Source: Octopus sinensis
Lineage: Eukaryota
Length of the DNA stretch: 64,000 nucleotides
Assembly: GCF_006345805.1 (NCBI RefSeq)
Contig: NC_043010.1
Location: 60,326,001-60,390,000 of the forward strand
Direction: 5' to 3'
A model generated the notes under the pieces. The model had not been told where the DNA came from. It saw only the letters and a list, made by a program, of their open reading frames with translations, and searched no databases. Positions 24,740-38,271 of the stretch are shown here, piece after piece; position 1 is the stretch's first letter, and the number at the start of each line of letters is the position of its first letter. Both the position numbers and the translations under genes were made by a program.

Positions 24740-24930
24740 ACTTCCTAAGAACATCATACGGCCAGACATCTTGATCCATTGTCATCTCCTATATGAGGGC
24801 CAACTTCTTGAGATCAGTCCCCACTACTTCATCCCATGTCTTTCTGGGTTTCCACAGGTGCCATCCACTTTAAGAGACTGACACTTATTTATACAGCTGT
24901 CTTCATTCACACTTATCACATGTGCAAACA
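24740..24930 (-). mobile_element. RTE LINE 3' fragment
   Basis: Similar to the reverse complement of 48300-48480 and to 6290-6400. Confidence 0.55.
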
Positions 24931-24937
24931 ATCATAG

Positions 24938-25400
24938 CCTTACAGTTCTATATTTAAGAGATGAGGAATTATGTACATTATTTACACATGATGGATATTT
25001 GTCCTCATCTTGTTTGTTGTTAATACAATATTTCGGTGGATATCGCCTCCAGCCTTCATCCGGAACTAAGGAAGGATAGGAAAATATTGGATTTATAAGC
25101 CCTAAAATTCACTCCATAATTGCCCACAGGTATATGATGTAGTGGTTAAGAGCGCAGGCTACTAACCCCAAGATTCCAAGTTCGATTGCAGGCAGAGGCC
25201 TGAATAATAACAATAATAATAATAACATTGAAAAATACCTTAGGAATGAGAGCCCAGGTTTGAAATTTCCCCAAGACACCTGATGAAGGCTGGAGGGTAT
25301 AGCAGCCGAAACGTTGTGTTATCCGAAACATGTTAAATGTAAATAATGTAAATAAATCATAGTCCTCTCCCTTGCATGCTACATTTGATTCAACTTCTCT
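24938..25400 (+). mobile_element. Second copy of the tRNA-SINE/hammerhead element, with a longer inverted segment
   Basis: Same A/B boxes (~25140-25189) and hammerhead; inverted segment spans ~24938-25066. Confidence 0.75.
25275..25320 (+). ncRNA. Minimal type I hammerhead ribozyme motif (copy 2)
   Basis: Identical 46-nt motif to 11138-11183. Confidence 0.75.
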
Positions 25401-28022
25401 CTTGCATGCCACATTTGATTGAACTCTTGCACTTTGTCATACATGCGCACTGATGTTGCACATCAGCTTTATTCCTCACTAGTCATCTACATTTGCCTCT
25501 CACTTGAATGGAATTTCTTCCAACACCTTTCCCACATACTGAACAGGGCCATCTACCTGAAAGAAGGAGAATCTTATTTGCTTTCTGCAATTTCACTACA
25601 GATTCTACTATAAAAGTGAGGTCATCAGCATATAGTTGTTTCCATGGGCAACCAGCTAAATTTCTCTGTTATGGCCTGGATGACTATGTTGAATAAGAGG
25701 AAACTGAGAATACAGCCCTGTACTTTTACCCTGAATTCATCATCTGTGCTCATGGATTTTGTTGCTGTAGTAATCAAGATGTAATTTACAATGTCCAGCC
25801 ACACTAATAAGTGAAACTGTCCTCCCACCAGATATGTAAAATATTCTAGTTGATAAAGTGAGGCAGATAAACTTCTTTCTATGTTGATTATTCCTTACCA
25901 CAACCCACCTTTCCTAGAAAGCACTACAATTTTTCCAGTGCTTATCAACAGACAATCTTTTGTATTGTTTTTATCATGCAAAATATTTTACCATTTTTAT
26001 TTTGGAAACCACCATTTTCTCCTCAACAACTTTTTTTCATTAATTTCATTAAATTTGATTGAAAAGTAATATGCCTTGTCTCCTATTAATTTCAGATGTG
26101 TTCCTCAATTGCTTTCTGCCATTTGGTCATAAGTCTAATCAACTGACTGTCATCTCTATAACTGGTCTTTCTCTGTTAACCAATTCTCATCCTAATTTAT
26201 ACATTGCTCTTTCACAAACCATTTTCCCCTAATGAACATAATAACAGATTATATTAAAATCATTTGCCTTAAGTTCTTTTCACATATAAAATAATAATTC
26301 ATACTTATGAAAATATAAAGTATGACCAGGAATCGCTCAAGCATTTTGCTCTTACAGAAACTCAGATAAATTTTGAGAATTTAGAAATTAAACTTTCTTT
26401 TTAAACAAAAGGTAATTTATTGGTATTTTTGCTAAGATCCAAGGATAGTTATCAATTTCAAAATATTTAATCACAGTACATACATGTGTAGGCACGTGTA
26501 GGTATCACTATAAACACAGAGTGTAAGGTGGAAGTTTTCACTGTGATTAGTCTTGGGGATGGGAATACATTTTCTTGGGCTTCAATGACTATCTATATCT
26601 ATCTGCATACAGATATATATGAATGTGTGTGTGTGTGTGTGTTTGTAACTACACATGGTTCATCAGTGATTTCCCTTTCTCATTTCAGATGGAGAGCTAT
26701 GCTCGAAATGTTAATCTTTCTCCTTTCACTGAGCATCATGCTAATATACTTCTTGTGCACGTCCTCACGTTTGTTGTTTTTGTTCTTTTTTTTGTTTATT
26801 TGAATTATTTGTTTATTTTAATTGACTATATATATATATAAACCTTCACTACTACCATTCATCAACACCAAACCTATACAACCAGGGTCATTACCAACTC
26901 TTTAATGACAAACAACAACAGCAACAATAGTATGAACAAGATAAGCAACACCTTTCTAAAATAAAAGACAATCACATGAAATAATGTGGTGCTGTAGTAT
27001 ATTTTAAAAACTGAATGCAATGTCTTTTATCTTTTGTCAATGATAATTGACTTGAGAGTAAAAAGCAACAACAAAACAATTAACAAGAAAAATATGACCA
27101 CTGCTACAGTTAACAATATCCACCATTATCATCACTACCAATACCAAGATCAATACAACCAATATCATCACCACTATCAAACAATGGCAGTAATTTTATT
27201 CAGCTGAATACATGTCATTGATTGGTTGAAATTACTGAAATACGAGTAATTCAATACAAAATAACTTTGTAAACATAAACTTTTCTCAAAAACGATAAGA
27301 GTAAAAGTTGTTTTATATGACACATTCTACCAGTATACAAAGTTTGAAAGTGTTTAGTTACAAAAAATTATTTTTTAAATCTGTAGGTCAAAAGGTAAAG
27401 GTCTAGAAACCTCATTAAATCAGAATGTTCAATTAAAATACTTTATGTCCATATCAAATTTCTAGACTTCAGCTCATATTATATACCAGGACACATCGTA
27501 TTGCATGGTGCTGTATTCAATTAAACATTAACGTGTTACATCTGAATCACTGGGTCTATAAATTTTAACAAGTCATTTTTCTTATCAAATTTAATCAACC
27601 TTGAAATACATCACAAAATCACTGAAATATAACTTTCATCATAGCAGTTTATAAATTCAATACAATGCAGATTATTACCATATTCTGAGGAATGCCACCC
27701 TTCATGAATATGTGTTTATTTCAGAACTACTTTTTAGAATACATGACAATTCTTCCCGCACAAAACTTATCTAGTTGGTCAACTCTCAAATAAAAAAAAT
27801 TACAGAGTTCAGTTACCTTAATTATCTAAATTTGTTCATTGTCAAAATTTAAATAGACAAATTATGTATTTCTATGTATTATCTATTAAAATTTCCTACT
27901 TGTTTGAGCAATATTTCTTCAATTGGTTCTTTGATATAATTTAAAACGTACTTAATAAAAATGTAATACTGTGTAATCTAATATCTTAAATATATGACTG
28001 AGTCTTGTTCTTTCATTGACAG

Positions 28023-28170
28023 ATCTATAATAAACAGGTTGCAGATGGGTCTTATGAGCAAGGTGACAACAGTAGCACTTTGACATCAAACAACCTAAGT
28101 GATACATTGCCATCTCAAAGAGATCACAACTGTGCTTGGAATGAAGGGGATATTAAGCATCAACCAGCAG
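28023..28170 (+). CDS. P3 cytoplasmic exon 2 (IYNKQVADGSYEQ...HNCAWNEGDIKHQPA-G)
   Basis: gacag| acceptor, GCAG|GTAACT donor, 148 nt. Confidence 0.9.
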
Positions 28171-28504
28171 GTAACTTGTCAAATATCAACAAACATTGGA
28201 TACTGACTTTGTCTATGTGCATGTGTGCAGTTGTATCATATTCATAACATTGAATAATTTTATTGCAATATACAAAGTTTATAGAAAGTACTTGAAAAGT
28301 AAACTAAATAAAAGAAAGTGCTGTAACATAAGCAGGTACAAGATACAAAATTTTGAAAATAGATAAGCTAATTTAATATCAATACAGGACTATTTTAGAA
28401 CCAAGTATTTGATTACATTTTTCTTTCATTTTTTTTCTTCTCATTGACACAAAATTCTATTCTCAGATATTACTTATACTATTTTGTATTTTTCTCTCTT
28501 TCAG

Positions 28505-28593
28505 AATATAGTAATTATACACCAAACATACCTCCAATGCCAAAGAGTGGACAAGAACAAGACACTTATCTTGAACCAATATATAAGAAATAA
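28505..28593 (+). CDS. P3 terminal exon 3 (EYSNYTPNIPPMPKSGQEQDTYLEPIYKK*)
   Basis: Same as P2 exon 3; tttcag| acceptor, TAA. Confidence 0.9.
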
Positions 28594-29874
28594 TAATAAT
28601 CACAGGACTAACATGACTCAAATTCTTAGTACTAAGGATAACTAAATTTCTCTCGCAATTTGACTCCAGAAATGGAATATAATTAAGAGACTCTTCTAAA
28701 ATAAAATTAATCTAATCAGCAAATACATAGCAAGAACTAATTAATCCAAGTTTATATATAAAAAATATGTAAATATGTAAATATGTAAATTAGAAATGTT
28801 GACACATAATTGATAAATTTTGATCATGCACTTGGTCAAAATCTTCAAAGATAACTTTATAACATATTAAATCCCCATTAGTTGTTTATTAATAACAGAT
28901 ATTTTAGCAATATACTCTGCAATTAAAAAATATAGAAACAAAACTACTTGAAAACATACACTTTGACAATTTACCATTTCTGGCACTAACTCTACTATTT
29001 TGAACATTCAGATCAATATTTTAAAATTATTAAAATTATAGTTTTCAGCAATGTTATTTTTCATGTAATCTAGATAGGTATTTCATAGAGGACTAATCCA
29101 CTGTAGTATGTATAATGAAATTGTTACTGGACTTAGAAATTAATATTTTACATACTGCAGTACACAGTGCATAAATATGTACATCAGTGTTATAAGCATC
29201 TGCATACAAGAGATAATTCATTAGTTATGTGCATGTGTGTGTGCGTGTGTGCATACAAACATACAGATAAAATGAGAGATTTATTGCATCAAAAAATTTA
29301 TAAATAGTTTACAGAAATATGCATATAAAATATAATTAAGTCAAACACAAGAAGTTAGTCAATAGTACTCCTCTATAAATGAGTAGCTTTCCAGAGATTT
29401 CATAAGCAAAAGTACAACTGAGAAGAAAGAAAATAACTCAATGTAGTCTTTTACTCCCGTATCAAGGATTCAGTAACAAACAGATGTAGTAATAGTCATT
29501 ATGCATACATAGATATGTACTAAACTGATGTTAACAAATAACTATGGAATATATCAATTTAAGATATAATTGTGTTGCTATCCATTCCTTCTAACAGTGG
29601 AATATGTAGCAACACAATTAGGATGTTGGATTTTAGGAATTCAGTCTGCTGAACTCTAAGCTGATCCATATCTATTGTATGCCTTTTGACATATACTTAC
29701 GTGCATAAGTGTGTGTGTGTGTATGTGTGTGTGTATACATGCACAGACATTAATGCAGTTTGAAATAAACTGAAAATACTTTAGCAAAATTCATTATTAA
29801 ATATTTTAATCATTATGTAAAATAATCTAAGTGAATCCAATATGCTCAGATGAAAAAATGTGTTTAGAGTATAG

Positions 29875-30006
29875 TTGGCTCTCTGTATGACTCACAAATC
29901 TACACCATCAACATACTGCCCTTGTCAAACTACTACAGCAGCAGTTACACTGAAACACTATGCAATAATGTCTTCTATTGGAAGCACAACGGATTAAACA
30001 ATGTAG
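29875..30006 (+). other. Exon-like cassette X3 (duplicate of X2)
   Basis: Same 132-nt sequence with the same AG/GT boundaries. Confidence 0.6.
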
Positions 30007-32499
30007 GTAAGTCATATTACATTGCAATTTCTCATTTGATATTTTGTTCATATTTTAGGATATTGAAGCATGAGAAATGGATACTAATATATTTAATAAT
30101 AATAATATATTCAAGCAAGGAAATAGGAAGCCATGGAATTATGTAGCCATTACCAAAAGCTATTGCTATTGAAGTAGGATAGTTACTATGTGAAAGTAGA
30201 TATATTTAACAGCAATCATTATGTAAATACTAGACTGTCAGTTAACTGTATTTTACTTCATATTTTTCATACATATTACTATATTTCATTAAAATTATTA
30301 ATTCAAATATTTCTATAAATCAGTTTAAATAGGCAATATTTATTAACCTTTGAAAATGTCTTATTTCTTTCTATTTAAATAGAATATTGAATAAAATGCA
30401 TAACAAAATATGCATGGACTGCTAGTCTCAAAGAATATAATTTCATTTTAGAATTTAGTTTCTCTGTCAACAAATTCAGAGTCTGTGTTTTGATTCCTTA
30501 TTGCAAGTTTTTATTAATTTTACAAATAACCTCAAGGAAGACATTCATGTTTAAAACTAAAAATATTATTCAGTTATTTCTTTTATTCTTAATTACAAAA
30601 TACATATTTTCTAAACTTATTTTGATATCTTTAAAATTTATTCTTATCAAGAAAACAGAATCAATTATATAAACATCTGTATCACTGTAAATATATATAA
30701 TTAAAATAACAATATATATAAATGAAAATATATGTTCATACACTCAGTGAATCATTGCACTTCATTGTACAAAGACAAGCATCACTTGATATTTTAATTT
30801 ATTATATTTTTAGTCAGTTTAATTTTGGCCACTTACATAAGCAAATTCAAAATTCTATATTTTCAAGTGTAACGAAGTAAAAATCGTCATTTGCAGTAAA
30901 TGCAAGTTATTTTTTATCCCATTTTTAATAAATAATGATGATAAGCAAATATAACTAACAATTCTTTATATATATATATATATATATAATATGTATAAAT
31001 GACCTCAAAATTATCCCTAATTACAAATTATTTCTATTCTATTATTGCTACTTTATCAAGATTGGAAGAGTTTGATCAGGAAACATGAGGCTACCTATTG
31101 TTAAACATCTGAACACCATTTTTCTTGTTTGTGTAAATAATTCTACTAATATCAGAATCTTCTGAGTAATGTTTTCAACTCACATAGAAAAACGATCACA
31201 ATCATAACTAAAACACCATAAACACAAACACCACAAATTTTCAGTCAAATATAAGTAAAAGAAATAAGATTATTTTTCCAGCTATTTATGACAGCCATCA
31301 AGGTCTATGCCATTTCTGGTAGTAAACTCAACTCTTCCACAAAATGAAAAATTTACTTGTTATGTAGATTTTACTTTTGTACATGCTTCATATTGCCAAC
31401 AACTGTACAAAAATTCAAACATACTCTGAAATCCACTTTTATTTCAAACAGTCTACATAACATAGTATGATATCACAACAGACGGCAGTTTAGTATGTAT
31501 GGGCATCTAAATCTGCAGTCTTCATTTAGTTTATTGACTACACTTTTGTTGAGTGTCTTCTCAAGCAAAGCTGATCAGAACTAGTCGAAAATAACAATCA
31601 TAAAACTAGAGACATAGATTTATATTTCATATGATCTCAGAAGTACATATTAAATGGAAAATTAATTTATCATTTAACACCAGAATTTTAATAAGGATTA
31701 AAATTGTCATTCCTCATCCTTTTCGTAATTTTACATCTATTTTTCCATGTGGGCATGGATTGAAGAAATCTCATTATTCATCTCACACTTGTAATCTATC
31801 ACACACAGTAACAAAGAAAACTTTCCAGTTTTATGTATGTCTTACGGTGTGAACCGGATGTGTTGACTGTATCACCAGAACTAGAATGGTTAGCCAATGT
31901 TAAAGGGCTAAAATTCTCCTCTATTTTGTATCAGATTTTATTTGGAATTACTGCCCTCCTGGAAAGGAAATCTTTTTTCAACAGAAATCAGTCAGTTGCC
32001 AATATAATACTACTTAAACAATAAGATTATAAGTGTATAATACAGGGCCACATCGATTAGAAGTCAGTGAAATATTTCAATAAAATGTGCAATTGGAGAT
32101 ATATATTTCTTCCAAGAACACTATGCATCGACAGACTAACAAGATAAAACATAACAAGATTGAAAGGGGGAACAACTCTGTTATCTTAAGAGCTTTAGTG
32201 AAAATATATTAACTGTCATTAGAAAGTAATATTTAATTTTTTTTTCTGATTAACTTAAACCACAAAGACAGCGAAATTTATTTTAAAAAGATTGATAGCC
32301 AACCCAACAGGGTATCTTCTCACGGGGTGAGTGGTTCAAAGTTGTTTTTCTTCATGATTTCTGTCAAATGAACAATATAATAAAAAGGAAATAAAGTAAG
32401 TTGATGATTAATATAAGACAATGAAAAAAACATTTTGCATAGCTTTAATCTGAATACAGACACAGGTGACATTCTTAGGGAAAAAAAACGAAAACTGAG

Positions 32500-34470
32500 C
32501 ACTAAGTTGGAATCAATTCAAGCTGTTTCAGGTTTCCTCTTCATACAATTTCCTCTGCCTTGAAATTTAGAATTTGAGCAGTGTATAGCAACCAATCCTG
32601 AAGTAAGGTGTTCTGGAAATATGTACGATCAAAGCAGAGACCTCACTCTCCAGTTGGTCCTCTTCGCAATCTCCACACAAGCCAGATTACTGACGATCCC
32701 AAAGAATGCATAGAAGTCATTGCTGATTGCTATGCAGGCATTTGTATCGTCGAAAACCAAAACGTACCATCTCCACCACCTCTGATATAAAATTCCATAA
32801 CAATTATGCACCTGCAATACTGCAACGTCACCTTAAGAATAAGAGCAACTATGCCTCTCCTGGTCTTCATGGTGTTATCTACCTGCTTCTCAAACGTAGT
32901 GGGTACTTTCTTCTGCACCAGCTTTCACTCTTCTTTCAGTTATGTCTTAACAATGGTACTACTCCGGAGCAGTGTCATTCCTCTGTTCAAAGAGCGTGAC
33001 AGCATGTCACCTGTCAGCTATCATCCAGTCAGTCTTGCTAACTGCATTGCCAAACTGATGGAATCCTATGTCAGAGAAGCACTCTGGAACTTCTGGAATT
33101 CTCACAGCCTTATCCAGCCCTCGCAATTTGGATTTATCCCTAACTCCAGCTGCTGTGATTGATTTAACATCTTTTTTGAAAATATCACCCAGATAACTAA
33201 TGGTGGCACGTGGGAGGATGTTGTTTACCATGACATTCCTAAAGCTTTTAATTCTGTGCCACACAAAAGACTTATGGCAAAACTCTCTGTAATTGGTGTG
33301 AAAGATGATCTTTTTAACTGGTTGGACTCCTTCATCCTCAGCTGAAAAGAGGTAGTCACAGTTCTAGGGCAGCATTCTTCCCCCTATAACATGTCATCTA
33401 GTGTACTGCAGGGTTCTGTTCTTGGTCCCCTTTTGTTTGTAACATACATTAATGACATATTAATGCCAATTTAAAGAATGCCACCATGCTGAAATATGCA
33501 GATGACATCAGGCTGTACCTTGAGATAAAAAAAGACAGGTCCTGGGCACTATAGATCTTTCATGCAATCAGACCTGACACAACGCAACAATGGATCATGG
33601 ACTAGCAACTCAAACTGGCTGTGGACAAGTGTGCCACCATGCATTTTTGGAGGAAAAACCCAACGTCCACATACTTTCTCTACAAAACTAATATCAAGAA
33701 GTCTTCTTGTGAATGTGATCTGGGCATTAGTCAGCAGCAATTTACACTGGGCGAAGCACATCTCTAAAATTGACAAGAAGGGTGTCTTGGCATCACTCAG
33801 CAAGACGTTTGTCAGCCGCTCTCCAGCTATCTATTTAAGACTGCATATGGCTATGATGTGGCCACACTTGGAATTTGCATCACTAGTCTGGAACCCCTAT
33901 CTTCGTCAGAACATTGACCTCCTGGAAACTGTTCAGAGATGTGCAACCGTGCAATTGCCTTCCATCAGACATTGACCATACTCTGAATGCCTTGCTTCCC
34001 TGGGCATAGATACATTGAAGCTCTGATGTCTGGTAACTGACTGAGCAAACTCCCACAAAATTAATACCCATCATGCCAACAACCACCTTAAGCACCTTTT
34101 TGAGCTCTATATATCTAACACAAATTGGTGTGTCTACAAAGTCAGAAAACAGCACAGCTCCCATGACTTTTGGAAACATTTTTTCAAACTCAGAGTTTCT
34201 GAAGCATGGAACAAATTACCTGCATCAACTGTTAGCTGCCAAGACATTGCATCCTTTAAGAACTCCATACTTCCTGAACCTTGCCAATGCTACACCTGAT
34301 ATCCCCACCACTCCATACGTATGCACAAATGTACATCATGACTCTTACACTGTTCACTTCTCTGATTTTTGTATATAATTCTATGTACTGTACATACACC
34401 TTTGATGAGTTGTAATTCACCTGAACACTATACACAATAATTTCATTATCATTATTATTACTATTAATAT
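32500..34470 (+). mobile_element. Degenerate CR1/L2-group LINE (duplicate of 18300-20290)
   Basis: Same RT motifs, with additional stops and indels. Confidence 0.9.
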
Positions 34471-35571
34471 TATTAGTTATATTGTTAAGAGACTTGACAG
34501 AACATTCAAGAGACCAAGTGACTACATAGATTATTTCACTTTGAATATCAACACAAAATATTTAGGTGAGAAAAAGTTATCAAACTTTGTGCATATCCAG
34601 GTCTTAAAACTTTTTTCAATATTTACTCTGCATCATAGCTTTTAATACTGTATGACTTTATGTTTCCACCTCAAAGTTGCCCCATTAGCCTGCTGCTGCC
34701 AACTTTAATGCTGGGGAGATGAAGATTACTTATTTCTTCCATGCTTCATTTGAATGAAATATGAACATTCCACTAACATACACATATATAACCTGCATAT
34801 GTATGTTTTATTGGATGGCTAATGACTTATCTAAGTTTACCTGCTCTTTGATAAGTTTTGTTATTCATCCTGCAGCTTATCCAAAATCACCCTTCACACC
34901 ATGCAAGTTTGGTGGAATTAACAGCTCTGTAGCCAACAACCTAATTATGAAACAAGTTGGACTGGGTTAGATATTGCCAGATGCACCCACAAGTGACCTA
35001 ACATCAAATTCCATTTAACAGCTAAGTATGATAAATAGATGCAATGATAGTGTTTGAAAAATAATGTGTTTCTTTTACATTATTTACAATCTGTAATTCA
35101 GTAATTTCAATCTTAGGAATAAGTTCATGATGAGAAAACTTTCATAAAAACTTCATAAAAGCAAATAGCACAGTTTATGTGTTAAAATCTCTTATCATGT
35201 CTAATTTTGGATATAGAGGCAATGCATTCTCAGTCTAATCACTTCATATATGTGAAGAGATAATTTTATTTACTATGATTTAAATTTTTTTTATAATTAT
35301 GGAATATACTTCTATGTTGTACCAAGTATGGATTTTGCTTCATTCAGAAAACTGGCCACATGCACATATGAGACTATCAAAATTTTACTTCATTATTTCA
35401 TAATGTTACAAACATTTCTAAATATTATTGATTATATTATATGATAAATGTTGTACACTTGATTTTAGTATACATATTTTCTCCATATTAATATTTGTGT
35501 ATAATGACTGTTTGATTCAAGCAATGCCTTTTATATTCTTTTTAGATTTTGAGGTATATCCATGAATAATA

Positions 35572-37985
35572 ATGAATTACAATAATGAGATGACAAGCAA
35601 TACTTTGCAGTTTTACCTTTTCTATGGACTAATGTATTCTGTCATGTCGATAGACTACATTTACCATGTCAATGAAGAAGACAGTCCACACACATACATT
35701 GGAGATATTGCAGCTAACTCTAACCTATCAAATCCTCTTACACATCAACAGCTCACACTCATTACATTTACACAACTACAGAGAACAGTATCAAGTGGTT
35801 CTCACTTATTTAATGTCACAAGCTTAGGAAAACTATACACTACTCAAACATTGGATGCTGAAAAACTTTGTGTTTACAAGAAAGAATGCTCTAGAACTGT
35901 TAAAGTAGCAGTAAGGAAAGAGGAAACATTTCTAAAGATATTAAACATCAAAATAATTATAGAAGATATTAATGATCATCAACCAGAATTCCCATCAAAC
36001 AAAATAAAATTCAAATTTGATGAAACAGATGGGAAAGGATCAACAAAATCAATACCAAATGCTGTTGATAAAGACATTAGTCTTCCAAATTCTAAGATAA
36101 TATATAAACTCAAAGATAAAAGCAAAAAATTCTCACTCTCCATATCTAAAGAATCTGATGGAATAAATATACTAGAAATAACACTTGAAGAAAAATTAGA
36201 CAGAGAATTAAAAGACACATATATGTTACAGTTGATTGCTAGAGATGGAGGTTCTCCACCAAAGAAGGTATTCTGACCATTGAAATATCTGTTATTGATG
36301 TCAATGATAACAGACCTACATTTACACAAAAATTATATAATACCACCATCAGTGATACACATCATATATCTTCTCCTGTTTTTGTTTTATCAGCAACAGA
36401 TTTAGATTCTGGTCAAAATGGAAATATTAATTATTTTTTACATAGAAATACAAATGAATATGATAAAAAGTATTTCAAATTAAATCATAAATCTGGAGAA
36501 ATCTTCATCAATGATAATTTCTTTAGAAATAAGGAAAGTAAATATCAGTTATACGTTGAAGCTAGGGATGGTGGAAATCCTTCATTAAGTGCCATGTCAA
36601 CGTTGATTATAAATGTAATTAACAATCAAAATAATGCTCCAGCAATAAATATAGATTTTGTATCACCTTTAACAAAGACTTCTACTGCTATTTCAGAAGG
36701 AAGTAAAATTGGTAGTTTTATAGCTTATGTTATGGTCATTGACACTGATAGAGGACCTAATGGACAAATTAAATGTAATATTCACCATAAAATTTTCCAG
36801 CTTTCTAATATGGGTTCTAAAGAATATAAAATATTGGTGAAAGAACCTCTTGACAGAGAAACTATAGACCATTATGTTGTTTCTATTGTATGTCATGACA
36901 TGGGATCACCTCCATTAAAGACTAAGAAACAGTTCTCTGTCAAAGTAACTGATGTCAATGATGTAGAACCACATTTTACCAAAGAGACATTCCAATTCCT
37001 CACCTATGAAAACCAGAAAGTTGACTTCCCTATTGGCTTCATCAATGCTACAGACCCTGATCTTGGTGATGGAGGCCAACTTACATATTCTATCATCAAT
37101 GATAACAACAATGATAACATTCCTTTCCAACTGACAAAATATGGATTTATTTCTACATCACAACCAATAGATCGAGAAGTGAAAGACATCTATAATTTAC
37201 AGGTATTAGTCAAAGACAATGGAACACCTTCTCTGAATAACACTGCCAACATTCTTATAGAGATTCTAGATAAAAATGATAATGCTCCATATTTTATCTT
37301 TCCTAATAATGACCCTTACAATCTAGATGTCCACTACCATCCACACAGTAAGAAGGACATCACAATTCTGAAAGCATCTGACAAAGACACTGGAAACAAT
37401 GCTTTCCTCACATATGGAATACTGAGATCCAATGATAAAAACCTGTTTACAGTGAACTCACACACTGGTGTGTTATCTTTCTCTCGCACAGTTTACCAAA
37501 ATGATGCAGGAACATATGAGCTGCAGTTTATAGTGAAAGATGGTGGTACTCCAGTTCAATCAGCAACAACTGCTATCATACTAACACTGTTTGTTAGTAA
37601 TGATACATCTCCAATGTTGACTGCTATCCACTCACAGTCTGATAACAACCTGAATATGACTTGGATAATTATCATTGTAGCAGCAGCTGTAATACTATCT
37701 GTGGCTGTTGTAGTGTCAATAACAATGTGTGTTTTCAAATGTATTAATCACTTCAATAATTCTTCTGGAGAAAAAAATAATCCAAAATTTCTCTCTCAGA
37801 CTGAAATGAGACAAATTCTGTATCAGACTAACAATCCTGTTGCAATAACAAGAAATGCAGAAGATATATTTAACAGAAATCTTCAGTCAATAAATCAGAA
37901 AAGTCCTTACTACCCTGAAATGGAAGAAACTGTTGGTGAATGGAAATTCTCAACAACACCCAGAAGATTACCACCCACACCACAG
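35572..37985 (+). pseudogene. Protocadherin P4 large exon with a 1-nt deletion (young pseudogene or sequencing error)
   Basis: ORFs 35572..36276 and 36594..38000 join if ccaAAAgaa (36261-36263) is restored to the AAAA seen in paralogues. Length 2414 nt (2415 expected); donor CAG|GTACTT intact. Confidence 0.9.
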
Positions 37986-38099
37986 GTACTTAAACAATAA
38001 CTTTTGTAAATATGTTTATTTTCTTTAGGTTTAATTGCTGTACTTTATTTTGTTATTTCAGTTCTTTTCTTTAATATCATTACCTTATGATTTAATAGT

Positions 38100-38245
38100 T
38101 CTTTCTCCTTTTGGCACAAGGTCAGTAATTTTCAACAGAATATGAATTCAGCTACATCAACCCCAGTACTCAACTGGTACTCATTTCATTAACCTCAAAA
38201 TGATGAAAAGGAGAGTTAACCTCAGTGATATTTGAGCAAGAACTT
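38100..38245 (-). mobile_element. tRNA-SINE fragment (Nin/Deu-like core)
   Basis: Minus strand ...ccttttcatcattttgaggttaatgaaatgagtaccagttgagtactggggttgatgt... matches the element at 63120-63290. Confidence 0.6.
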
Positions 38246-38271
38246 CATAGTTTACAGAATTTTATTTCTTG

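Larger units (their letters stand above)
23808..36080. repeat. Tandem segmental duplication, unit B
   Basis: Colinear copy of unit A with extra ~24230-24985, ~26690-26945 and 30783-30869, and lacking ~11340-11630. Confidence 0.93.
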
